Assembly: GCA_030603275.1 (NCBI GenBank)
Contig: JAUVYB010000007.1
Coordinates: 2,264 to 66,263 of the forward strand
Length of the DNA stretch: 64,000 nucleotides
Origin: Deltaproteobacteria bacterium
GTDB taxonomy: Bacteria > Chloroflexota > Dehalococcoidia > Dehalococcoidales > BS750m-G39
Direction of reading: 5' to 3'
Shown: positions 37,795 to 45,457 of the stretch, one piece after another
Position numbering within the stretch: the first letter of the stretch is position 1
Layout of the letters: each line of letters begins with the position of its first letter
Position numbers and translations under genes: made by a program
The notes under the pieces: model-generated
Database searches by the model: none
Seen by the model: the letters and a program-made list of their open reading frames with translations, nothing else
Told to the model about the DNA's origin: nothing

Positions 37795-38151
37795 CTATCC
37801 CGCCGGCTCAACCTTATGGCCGAGAGTGAAAACATTGAGAGGCCCATTCGGGTCAATATAGGCGCTATATTCTTGGGCGAAGGCCATCATCTCGGGTGTC
37901 TGCGCATCTTTGGCAAAATCCTCCATATTGTTGACCTCGCACCTTGCCACAAACTGATACGGGGGCTCCGAGGGCGGATTCTTGGCATTGAGTACCGAAG
38001 GCGCCAGTACCCTGTCAATCCGATAGCTCTCGTACGAGTCGATGTAGGGCTTTGACCGTAGTAAAGCAACCTTCTTGTTCTTTAGATATTGTTCATAATC
38101 GTCGGCGGTCTTTAAATCTTTGGCATTGTATACCACAATTATAGTCGGCAT
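37795..38151 (-). CDS. EthD/REDY-like (dimeric alpha+beta barrel) protein, tentative
   Basis: ATG 38151 after AAAGGAG: MPTIIVVYNAKDLKTADDYEQYLKNKKVALLRS...YQFVARCEVNNMEDFAKD.... The pattern resembles REDY-like/EthD proteins from memory. The longer track ORF (to 38307) runs into repeat DNA. Confidence 0.5.
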   Translation of the reverse strand: MPTIIVVYNAKDLKTADDYEQYLKNKKVALLRSKPYIDSYESYRIDRVLAPSVLNAKNPPSEPPYQFVARCEVNNMEDFAKDAQTPEMMAFAQEYSAYIDPNGPLNVFTLGHKVEPAG

Positions 38152-38224
38152 CTTGGCTCCTTTCTTTATTCCGCATTGGTAGACTCCGGCGCTGAAGGAT
38201 GTCTCTAATAATAGTATAGCTTTT

Positions 38225-38580
38225 GGGGGGTTAAAAGGGAATAGATAAGAAGGGGGTGGGGAGAAGCCCCGCCAGGGGCATACCTTAAAAAGCGTGAAAC
38301 CCCCCATTGGTGGCGGGGGGTCTCACATAGCAGCCCTGTTTGGGACTTACTAACGCAATTCAATCCTAACACTTTGGTTTCAATAAAGTCAAACAGGGGT
38401 GGGTGGAAGCCCGATTTTTAGCGTTGGTTTTGCGTCCCACCCTCCCGCCCGAAAGAGGTTATACCTCTCTCCGTTTGATTTTAGGGGGGATTATTTATTG
38501 GGGGTGTTTAAGAGGGGGCAACGCCCTCTCTTTTCCTTAAAGAGGGTTGGTGGGCGGGAATAGATAACAGAGGGGGGGTA
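38225..38580. repeat. Mosaic hairpin repeat locus R10
   Basis: Module A: agcccgatttttagcgttggttttgcgtcccaccctcccgcccgaaAGAGGTtatACCTCT (38408-38475). Module B: AAGAGGGGGC-aac-GCCCTCTCTT. Inverted A core: agagggttggtgggcgggaatagataa. Extra hairpin: ACCCCCC-N8-GGGGGGT (38300-38321). Confidence 0.85.
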
Positions 38581-38619
38581 CTGGTTATACAGTCCTACTC
38601 TTGTTGCGCACTGTTTTGA

Positions 38620-39504
38620 TTAAAAGCGTAGCCATTCCTTCTTGGTTGTTTCTGTGAGTTTGACTTGCCAGCCCAATCTATTTATCAAAGACAATTCTGC
38701 CAATAGAAGCTCTTCTGTTTCTATGCCAAACATCTTTGCGCTTTCTTTCAATTTATGGACTTCCCTGTCTGAGAAACCCCATCTATATTTTAAAGCTTTG
38801 AAAACCTTTTGTTTAATCTCTCTCGGTTTTCCTAAACTAAAGAATTCATCAATATCTTTAATCACTTTAATAGTTACCTCGTCATAATCACGAACCTTTC
38901 GTCTACCGTAAAACCTGCAAACATCTAATGCACTGGGATAGCGTTTTTCTTCTTTATATAGTGTATGTGCTAGTTGAATGTCTTCAATAAGTACCCACAC
39001 AACTTCAATTCCTATAGGTTCTATTAGATGATCACTAACGGACTCTATCAAATACTCATCTTCAAACTTCTTCCCCCTTTTTCTATTACAATCCCTACAA
39101 AGTAACCTAACGTTATGTTCGTCTGAACTCCCACCTTTAGTCCAGGGAATGATATGGTCGAACTCGACATATTCGTCTTTTACAGATTTACCACAACTTG
39201 AGCATATTTGATTCTCTCTTTTCAACACTTTAAACTGGGTCACCCTCGGAATCTGTCTACTGATGTTTCTTAACTCTCTTGTTTCTGTTAATGGTTCGGC
39301 GACAAAGAATACTGGGCAATCATGCCCAAAAATGCGGCAGCTTCTTTCGTCGCGAGTGCTTTTTAGGGGAAAATATTCAACCAGTGGCCCGTATGGACAA
39401 TATTTGATTTCCCAGCAGGGCTTACAAACGGCCTTTACTCGTCTTTCCCAGTGTATTTTCTTACCCCACTTTTGTATCAGACCGTTTTTTTTCTTTGTTT
39501 GCAA
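38620..39504 (-). CDS. HNH endonuclease-domain protein with Cys-rich N-terminal module and unknown C-terminal domain
   Basis: 294 aa. HNH core CSSCGK...EFDHIIPWTKGGSSDEHNVRLLCRDCNRKRG. N-terminal CKPCWEIKYCPYGPLVEYFP...CRIFGHDCPVFF. Strongly AT-rich. Confidence 0.75.
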   Translation of the reverse strand: MQTKKKNGLIQKWGKKIHWERRVKAVCKPCWEIKYCPYGPLVEYFPLKSTRDERSCRIFGHDCPVFFVAEPLTETRELRNISRQIPRVTQFKVLKRENQICSSCGKSVKDEYVEFDHIIPWTKGGSSDEHNVRLLCRDCNRKRGKKFEDEYLIESVSDHLIEPIGIEVVWVLIEDIQLAHTLYKEEKRYPSALDVCRFYGRRKVRDYDEVTIKVIKDIDEFFSLGKPREIKQKVFKALKYRWGFSDREVHKLKESAKMFGIETEELLLAELSLINRLGWQVKLTETTKKEWLRF

Positions 39505-39530
39505 TTATTCACTCCCCCAAAACTACTATA

Positions 39531-39971
39531 TCACATCTCCATCAAATCAAACCCGCTTTTTGAGTCGGGCAGGCGGGCGGCCTTAGCCCCCAGAATCTCA
39601 TAGATTATAGCCTCCCCGACCAGCCAGGTGGTGACGCCGGGGCGCAGGCAGCCGGTGAGGGCTTTATCAGAGCGCCCCAGTGAGGCGTGGATGTGGAGGA
39701 CGGGCCTGCCGTCCTTATCCGGGGCGATTATGCCGACGCCGACTACCTCGTGGGCGCCGTCAACGGGGAGGAGAACGGGTTCAGGCGGCATTTCCTCCGA
39801 GTCCTTGGGGCCAACGACCACCCGGCCGCTACCGATGCCGCCGATCAGAACGACCTGCCCTATAGATATAACTTTTTCGGCGGCAAAGCGCTCGATGCAG
39901 TCCGGGACGACGTCGCCGTCCTCAAGGCGCAGGACAAAGACCCGCCCGATATGGCCTTCAGTCGCCTTCAT
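39531..39971 (-). CDS. PPC/DUF296 domain (PCC-type DNA-binding) protein
   Basis: 146 aa. GRVFVLRLEDGDVVPDCIERFAAEKVISIGQVVLIGGIGS... is typical of DUF296. Confidence 0.7.
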   Translation of the reverse strand: MKATEGHIGRVFVLRLEDGDVVPDCIERFAAEKVISIGQVVLIGGIGSGRVVVGPKDSEEMPPEPVLLPVDGAHEVVGVGIIAPDKDGRPVLHIHASLGRSDKALTGCLRPGVTTWLVGEAIIYEILGAKAARLPDSKSGFDLMEM

Positions 39972-40452
39972 CGCTTTCTCCTCTGGTATCGACTTCCTCG
40001 GCGATGCCTATCTTCTGCACCGACAGCTGCACGTAGTTGACCATCTTAAGCTCGATGAGGTCTTTCAGCCTCTTTTCGTCCTCGGAGAGGCTGGCCCGGC
40101 CCGTTTTCACCTCAATGAAATCAATGCCCTCATCGTACTTAACGCCGACGAAGTCCACCGGCTCGCCCAGGTAGAAGAGGCGGTCGTACTTGGTCAGCTC
40201 AAAGGTTGCCAGCAGCTCGTTGAGCTTGCCCGTCCGCTTGCCCAGGCTGCGGGTTATCGACTCTAAAACATCGTGGGGTAGTTCTTCCAGGGCGTCCTGA
40301 ATCTCCTTGACCGAGGCCGCCGAGGCTAAAGCAAACCTGAGCTTGGCCTCAAGCTCGTCTATGGCCGGGAGTTCCACTTTCCTGGGGCGGAAAAGCAGCA
40401 CCAGAATCACGACAAGCAGAACGAAAATTATGACATAGAGAGCAATTTCCAT
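39958..40452 (-). CDS. Membrane-anchored Holliday-junction-resolvase-like endonuclease (Endonuc_Holl/COG4741-like)
   Basis: 164 aa. N-terminal TM helix, coiled region, then LGEPVDFVGVKYDEGIDFIEVKTGRASLSEDEKRLKDLI, which resembles the family's 'D.I.F.......I.F.EVKSG.s.Ls..q..ik' core. It overlaps the DUF296 gene by 14 nt. Confidence 0.6.
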   Translation of the reverse strand: MEIALYVIIFVLLVVILVLLFRPRKVELPAIDELEAKLRFALASAASVKEIQDALEELPHDVLESITRSLGKRTGKLNELLATFELTKYDRLFYLGEPVDFVGVKYDEGIDFIEVKTGRASLSEDEKRLKDLIELKMVNYVQLSVQKIGIAEEVDTRGESDEGD

Positions 40453-40463
40453 AGGGGACTCCT

Positions 40464-41048
40464 TTATCTGGTGGTGAAATACTGGAGCGCCAGCCTGATT
40501 TTCTCTTCGAGGGTCAGGGCCTGGTCGGTGGGGAGGGTGGCTAAAGCGTGGGAGGCTTCCCTGACCGAGTAGCCCAGAGAGACGAGGGCGGATAAGACCT
40601 CGGTGTTTTCTTCGGCGAACTCGGGGGGTGGGGCGGTAAGCCAGCCGGCGGCAATCTTCTCTTTAAGCTCTAAAATAATGCGGTTAGCCGTCTTCCTGCC
40701 GATGCCGGGAATCTCGGACAGCAGGTCGGCGCCGCCGCTGGCGATAGCCATAGCCAGTTTTTCCACGCTCATCGCCGAGAGCATGGCTAAAGCCAGCCTG
40801 GGGCCCAGTCCAGAGACCCCGATAAGGGTCTGGAAAAGCCCAAGCTCCTCAGGGGTGGCAAAGCCGTAGAGGGTGACGTTATCCTCCCTGAGATGGAGGT
40901 GGGTGTGTAATTCAACCTCATCGCCGATTGCGCCCAGCGTGGACATGGTGGGGGTGGGCATATAGACCCGGAAGCCGATGCCGTGAACATCGACGACAGC
41001 CCCGTCGCCGGCAAGAGACTGCAGTGTGCCTTTAAGGCTGGCTATCAT
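40464..41048 (-). CDS. ruvA: Holliday junction branch migration complex subunit RuvA
   Basis: 194 aa. MIASLKGTL..., HhH motifs (GIGRKTANRI). Confidence 0.93.
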   Translation of the reverse strand: MIASLKGTLQSLAGDGAVVDVHGIGFRVYMPTPTMSTLGAIGDEVELHTHLHLREDNVTLYGFATPEELGLFQTLIGVSGLGPRLALAMLSAMSVEKLAMAIASGGADLLSEIPGIGRKTANRIILELKEKIAAGWLTAPPPEFAEENTEVLSALVSLGYSVREASHALATLPTDQALTLEEKIRLALQYFTTR

Positions 41049-41548
41049 TGCTGCTCTCCCTGAGCCAGCAGGCTTTCTATATGGGTTTCATGGAGGTGGC
41101 AGAGGGCTACCGCTATAGCGTCGGCGGCATCGTTGGGTTGGGGGACTTCGGTTAAGCCGAGCTGGAGCTTAACCATCTCCTGCACCTGCTCCTTGGTGCT
41201 GGCGCCGTAGTTGGTGACCCTTTGCTTTACCTGGGTGGGGGTGTATTCAAAGGTTGGGATGCCTTTATCGGCGGCGGCCAGTATGGCGATTGCCTGGGCT
41301 CTGCCCACCGCCAGCGCCGCCTTGACGTTCTTGGCCATGAAGGGCTGCTCTATGGCAACGGCATCGGGCTGGTAGCGGGAAATTATCTCCAGGAGGCGGT
41401 GGTACATAAAGCTCAGGCGCTCCCCGATAGGGGAGCGCTCCGTGGCGGTTAAAGCGTCGCTGTCAATCAGGGTTGTCTTATCGTTTTCGGCCTCGATGAC
41501 ACCGTAGCCCATATTTATCGTTCCCGGGTCAATGCCTAAAATCCTCAT
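41045..41548 (-). CDS. ruvC: Crossover junction endodeoxyribonuclease RuvC
   Basis: Start placed at ATG 41548 (MRILGIDPGT...), 11 nt after the yebC stop. The track start at 41614 would overlap yebC. There is a 4-nt overlap with ruvA. Confidence 0.9.
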   Translation of the reverse strand: MRILGIDPGTINMGYGVIEAENDKTTLIDSDALTATERSPIGERLSFMYHRLLEIISRYQPDAVAIEQPFMAKNVKAALAVGRAQAIAILAAADKGIPTFEYTPTQVKQRVTNYGASTKEQVQEMVKLQLGLTEVPQPNDAADAIAVALCHLHETHIESLLAQGEQQ

Positions 41549-41558
41549 CGGGGCGGGC

Positions 41559-42308
41559 TCATGCCTGGTATTTCTCCAGAATAGCGTCGGAGAAGTCGGC
41601 GTTGCTGGCGACATACTGAACCTCGTCCAACTCCTCCAGCTTGTCCAGCAGCTTTAAAGTCTGCAGGGCCGCCTTTTCTTCGAGCTCGACCGTGGTCTTG
41701 GGCACCATGGAGACTTCCGCCGAGGCGATGGCTATCTTTTTCGCCTCCAGCGCCCCCCTGACCTTCTCCAGCTCTGTGGGCCTGGTATAAATCTCCACAT
41801 AGTTGTTTTCTATATTGACGTCCTCGGCGCCGGCGTCTATGGCCTCGAGGGCCAGCTCTTCGGCGTCCTTGTCGTTAGTTTCCACCGTAATCAGCCCCCG
41901 GGAGTCGAAGAGCCAGGCGACACAGCCGGCCTCCCCCAAGTTGCTGCCCTGGCGGGTAAAGATGTTCCTGACATCTTGCAGAGTGCGGTTGCGGTTGTCG
42001 CTGAGCGCCTGCACCAGAATAGCCACACCGCTGGGCCCGTAGCCTTCAAGGGTCATCTCCACCAGGGTGACGCCCTCGGCCTTCCCGCTGCCCCGCTTGA
42101 TGGCCCGTTCTACGTTGTCCAGGGGCATGTTGTTATCGCGGGCTTTCTGGATGGCCAGCCTGAGCCGGAAGTTGCTCTCCGGGTTATCGCCGCTCTCCCG
42201 CACCGCCACGATAATCTCGCGGGTGAGCTTGGTGAAGACCTGCCCCCGCTTGGCGTCAGCCGCCCCCTTCTGCCGTTTAATCGTTGACCATTTGGAGTGT
42301 CCCGACAT
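41559..42308 (-). CDS. YebC/PmpR family DNA-binding transcriptional regulator
   Basis: 249 aa. MSGHSKWSTIKRQKGAADAKRG is a canonical YebC N-terminus. Confidence 0.93.
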   Translation of the reverse strand: MSGHSKWSTIKRQKGAADAKRGQVFTKLTREIIVAVRESGDNPESNFRLRLAIQKARDNNMPLDNVERAIKRGSGKAEGVTLVEMTLEGYGPSGVAILVQALSDNRNRTLQDVRNIFTRQGSNLGEAGCVAWLFDSRGLITVETNDKDAEELALEAIDAGAEDVNIENNYVEIYTRPTELEKVRGALEAKKIAIASAEVSMVPKTTVELEEKAALQTLKLLDKLEELDEVQYVASNADFSDAILEKYQA

Positions 42309-42349
42309 GTATATCCTCTTGCTAAGATTTTAACACCTTGCCTGTCCGG

Positions 42350-42545
42350 GGTAAAGGGGGCGTTTTGCTACCCACCCTCCCGCCCTACAGAAGTGATACT
42401 TCTATTAATTTCTTCTTAGAGGGTGGGGGGAAAAGGGGAGGCGACTGATTGAGGGTGTTTAAGAGGGGGCTTCGCCCCCTCTTCTTAAAAAATCTTCCCC
42501 CTCCCTGGTAAGGGAGGGGGATTAAGGGGGTGGGTTGGTAAATAG
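42350..42545 (+). repeat. Mosaic hairpin repeat locus R12 (full A-B-C element)
   Basis: Module A: gcgttttgctacccaccctcccgccctacAGAAGTgatACTTCTat. Module B: AAGAGGGGGC-ttc-GCCCCCTCTT. Module C: CCCCCTCCC-tggtaa-GGGAGGGGG plus attaagggggtgggttggtaaata. Confidence 0.9.
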
Positions 42546-42547
42546 CT

Positions 42548-42913
42548 TTATTGAGTATCGCCGCTGACGAAGGCGACGGCATACTCCTTTGAGTGGGAGA
42601 TGGTGACCGCCAGCCTGCCCAGCCCCATTCCTTTAGCCTGCCGCTGCGTCCTGCCGTAGAGGTTGACCACCGGCTGGCCGCCTGGGCCGGACAGTATCTC
42701 AATCTCTTTGAGGCTGATACCCTCGGCAGGTTTGCCCAGGGCTTTTACCACCGCTTCCTTGGCGGCGAAGCGGGCCGCCAAAGAGGGCAGCTTTTTTCGG
42801 TAGAGCTTTAATTCCGAATCGGTATAAATCCGCTTAAGGAAACCTTCCCCGTGGCGGGCTATGGCCTTTTCCAGGCGGGCTATTTCTACTATATCAACAC
42901 CGACACAGCGCAT
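42548..42913 (-). CDS. acpS: Holo-[acyl-carrier-protein] synthase
   Basis: Start placed at ATG 42913 (MRCVGVDIVEIARLEKAI...), which gives a typical 121 aa. The track start at 42976 lies in repeat DNA. Confidence 0.85.
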   Translation of the reverse strand: MRCVGVDIVEIARLEKAIARHGEGFLKRIYTDSELKLYRKKLPSLAARFAAKEAVVKALGKPAEGISLKEIEILSGPGGQPVVNLYGRTQRQAKGMGLGRLAVTISHSKEYAVAFVSGDTQ

Positions 42914-42960
42914 AACAGACCTTAACATAAATAACTTGCTCTGGGGATTATAGTTTATTT

Positions 42961-43335
42961 TGGGGGGTGCGTTCAAGCTCCGGCTGCCCCGCCTCCTTTA
43001 TTTTAGTTTTGTTTTTCTTCCCACCCGCCCGCCCCATAGAGGTTTTACCCCCAATCTCCCGTTTTTGTCGGGGTGTTCAAGAGGGGCGTTAGCCCGCATG
43101 ATGGTAATTTCTCTTTCTTTGGTGGGGGGAAAAGGAGGGGTCTTAGCCCGATTTTTAGAGTGCATATTGCTTCCCACCCTCCCGCCCGAAAGAGGTTATA
43201 CCTCTATCAGTTCTTTTTTGTGGGGGTGGGGGGAAGCCTGAGCGTTATGGGGGGATAAAAAGGGCTTTAGCCCTTTTACCTTAAAGGGTGGCGGGCGGGT
43301 AAAGATAAAATTGGGGGTGGGGTTGATAAATCAAG
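42961..43335. repeat. Mosaic hairpin repeat locus R13 (largest cluster: two A modules, B variants, an inverted A core and a C tail)
   Basis: First A: tttagttttgtttttcttcccacccgcccgccccatagagg. Second A: agcccgatttttagagtgcatattgcttcccaccctcccgcccgaaAGAGGTtatACCTCT. Also aaagggtggcgggcgggtaaagataaaa and ttgggggtggggttgataaatc. Confidence 0.85.
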
Positions 43336-43455
43336 GATAAGGGAGGGAAATAAGAGAAATTGTAATAGGGGGGATGGGGTCAGTGCCGTCTGAGCCTGCC
43401 TGATTTGGAAATCTACCGCCCCTGATGCTAGAATTAGTAGGTTAGGGGAGGGCTG

Positions 43456-44262
43456 ATGAAATACAAGCTGTTAGTGGTAGATATAGATGGCACCTTGGTG
43501 GGTAAGGAAAGGACTGTATCAGACGATAACAAGGAGGCACTGGCCGAAGCCCGCCGGTTGGGGGTGGGGGTTGCCCTGTCCACCGGCCGGGCGGTCCTGG
43601 CCTGCCGCTCTATTTTAGACCAGCTTAAGCTGGACGGCCATCATATCTTTTTTGACGGCGCTTTAATATCGGGGCGGGGGGAGGAGATCTATGCCGAGCC
43701 TCTGGATAGGGGGGTGGTCCGGAAAGCGATTGATTTTGCCCGTTTGCTTAAAATAGACCTTGAGCTTTATTCGGCGACCCATTATTTCGTCGAGCGGGAA
43801 ACCTGGTCAACCAATGCCCACCGTAAATATTTTGGCATAGAGCCCAGCATAGTGGATTTTACCGAACTCTGGGAGCGGGAGAGAATCATCAAAGGGGGGC
43901 TGGCCTCGGTCAACCCCGAACAGGTGGCTAAAGCCAGGGAGTTTTACGCCCGGTTTAAGAGCAGCCTTCACTTTTCCCTGGCCACGTCGCCGGCTTTTCC
44001 CGGCGTCGAGTTTACCAACGTGGTCGCCCCTGAGGTGTCCAAGGGGAGGGCGCTGGAGGCGCTAAGCCTCTATCTGGGGATGTCCTTAAGTGAGGTGATG
44101 GCGGTGGGGGATGGCACCAATGATATTACCCTGCTTTCCCAGGCGGGGCTGGCGGTGGCTATGGATAATGCCCCCGACGAGGTGAAGGCGGTGGCCGACC
44201 ATATAACCCTTGACGTTGACCAGAACGGTCTGGCGGTGGCGATTGAGCGGTTTTTACTGTAA
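43456..44262 (+). CDS. Cof-type HAD-IIB family hydrolase
   Basis: 268 aa. VVDIDGTL and GDGTNDI motifs. Confidence 0.85.
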   Translation: MKYKLLVVDIDGTLVGKERTVSDDNKEALAEARRLGVGVALSTGRAVLACRSILDQLKLDGHHIFFDGALISGRGEEIYAEPLDRGVVRKAIDFARLLKIDLELYSATHYFVERETWSTNAHRKYFGIEPSIVDFTELWERERIIKGGLASVNPEQVAKAREFYARFKSSLHFSLATSPAFPGVEFTNVVAPEVSKGRALEALSLYLGMSLSEVMAVGDGTNDITLLSQAGLAVAMDNAPDEVKAVADHITLDVDQNGLAVAIERFLL

Positions 44263-44282
44263 CCAGAGAAGGAGCCAGGTTT

Positions 44283-44621
44283 ATGATTGTTAGAAATATT
44301 GACCACCCGGAGGTAGTTCAGACGCGCTACACAGCGCATGGCGGGGCTGCGGCCTGTATGCTGCTGGATAGCCGGGTACTGGAAGGCCTTTTATTCTTTG
44401 CCCACGCCGTTCTGAAGCCGGGTAAGGAGATAGAGACGCACGTGGACCCTTATGAGGAGGTTTACTACCTGCTTTCGGGGTGGGGGGTAATGACGGTTGG
44501 TGATGAGCGGCAGGAGGTAACCGCCGGTGACGCTATCTGGCTTCCCTGTGGAGTGCCCCACAGCCTGAAGAACGATGGGGATGAGGACTGCGTAATACTG
44601 GTGGCGGCGGCGGCAATTTAG
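44283..44621 (+). CDS. Cupin domain protein
   Basis: 112 aa. The H..PYEEVYYLLSGWG...GD.IWLPCGVPHSL cupin motifs are present. Confidence 0.8.
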   Translation: MIVRNIDHPEVVQTRYTAHGGAAACMLLDSRVLEGLLFFAHAVLKPGKEIETHVDPYEEVYYLLSGWGVMTVGDERQEVTAGDAIWLPCGVPHSLKNDGDEDCVILVAAAAI

Positions 44622-44659
44622 CTGGTTTTGGTTGCAGGGAGTATATCGGCTGGCGGTAT

Positions 44660-45178
44660 TTAGAAGCCGGCGTGGGTGCCGATGAAGTAGTGGAGGGGCC
44701 AGAGGTCTATTATCAAGTAGGTGGCTGAGTTCCACAAGACAATGCCTAACAGCCCGAAGTTCAACAGCCACAGGATTTTTTCTTTCCCGAAGAAATAGAG
44801 GGCGCAGACCAGCGCTACGCCTATCAGTCCCTTGAATATCATGCTGCTGCCGATGACGGTCATCAGCGGGTTAAGCTCTGTTGCCCCCGCCATTAGGCTC
44901 ACCTTGGTTAAATAGGCGTCCGTAACATTCAGTGCTACAAAGATTACCGCTGGTATCATACTCAACACTAGCCTCTTAACTAACCGGATGGAGTACCTTA
45001 CCCAATCGTACCCCCCCAAATAGTAATGGTCAAGGTGTCTTTTCCTATCATAAGCGACCGTTCTGGAACTGTAGCGGCGGGCTTGACCGAGACTAGTACT
45101 AACGTATCCCTGAAGCAGTACTTTCGGGGGATTTACAGTTTGCCAGGCTCTAAAGCATAATTGTAGCAAGATTGACAT
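44660..45178 (-). CDS. DUF5658-like membrane protein (start uncertain)
   Basis: The C-terminal about 100 aa (NVTDAYLTKVSLMAGATELNPLM...) fit the DUF5658 pattern. The N-terminal about 70 aa may not be translated (alternative Met at 'MIPAVIF'). Confidence 0.55.
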   Translation of the reverse strand: MSILLQLCFRAWQTVNPPKVLLQGYVSTSLGQARRYSSRTVAYDRKRHLDHYYLGGYDWVRYSIRLVKRLVLSMIPAVIFVALNVTDAYLTKVSLMAGATELNPLMTVIGSSMIFKGLIGVALVCALYFFGKEKILWLLNFGLLGIVLWNSATYLIIDLWPLHYFIGTHAGF

Positions 45179-45219
45179 ATACCAACACGTTTTTAGCAGT
45201 TTTAAAGGAGGCTTAGGCT

Positions 45220-45420
45220 ATGCCGGTTGAAATCAAGGGCGAGACCTACTATAGGACATCGGAGGCCTGTCGGCTAGCAGGGATAGGTAGGTCTACCTTC
45301 TTGAGGTGGCTTAGAAAAGGTGCTATGAATGACGCATCGCACAGGGATAAGCGGGGGTGGAGGCTGTTCACGGAGGCCGATGTTGAAAGAATCACAAGGG
45401 AAGCAAACCATATCACCTGA
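45220..45420 (+). CDS. Small helix-turn-helix DNA-binding protein (excisionase/MerR-like HTH_17)
   Basis: 66 aa. YYRTSEACRLAGIGRSTFLRWLRKG. SD AAAGGAGG upstream. Confidence 0.7.
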   Translation: MPVEIKGETYYRTSEACRLAGIGRSTFLRWLRKGAMNDASHRDKRGWRLFTEADVERITREANHIT

Positions 45421-45457
45421 AGACGGCCGGGGTAGGCCAAAAAAGGAAGACGGTCGT

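Noticed and set aside
41549-41614. Longer RuvC N-terminus overlapping yebC by 56 nt
   Set aside because: The canonical RuvC N-terminus MRILGIDPG starts at 41548. The extension (MSPATPTSPTLFW...) is not RuvC-like.
42961-43335. Possible CRISPR array, because of closely spaced G/C-rich repeats (also at 38225-38580 and 28745-28984)
   Set aside because: The repeat units differ in type (modules A, B and C), orientation and length. Spacing is irregular, there are no uniform spacers, and no cas genes are in the window. The same modules are scattered singly in many intergenic regions, which fits REP/BIME-like elements.
45329-45457. N-terminal extension of the coiled-coil protein overlapping the HTH gene
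   Set aside because: The extension is G/R-rich and has no SD. ATG 45458 has an AAAAGGAAG SD and starts just after the HTH stop.
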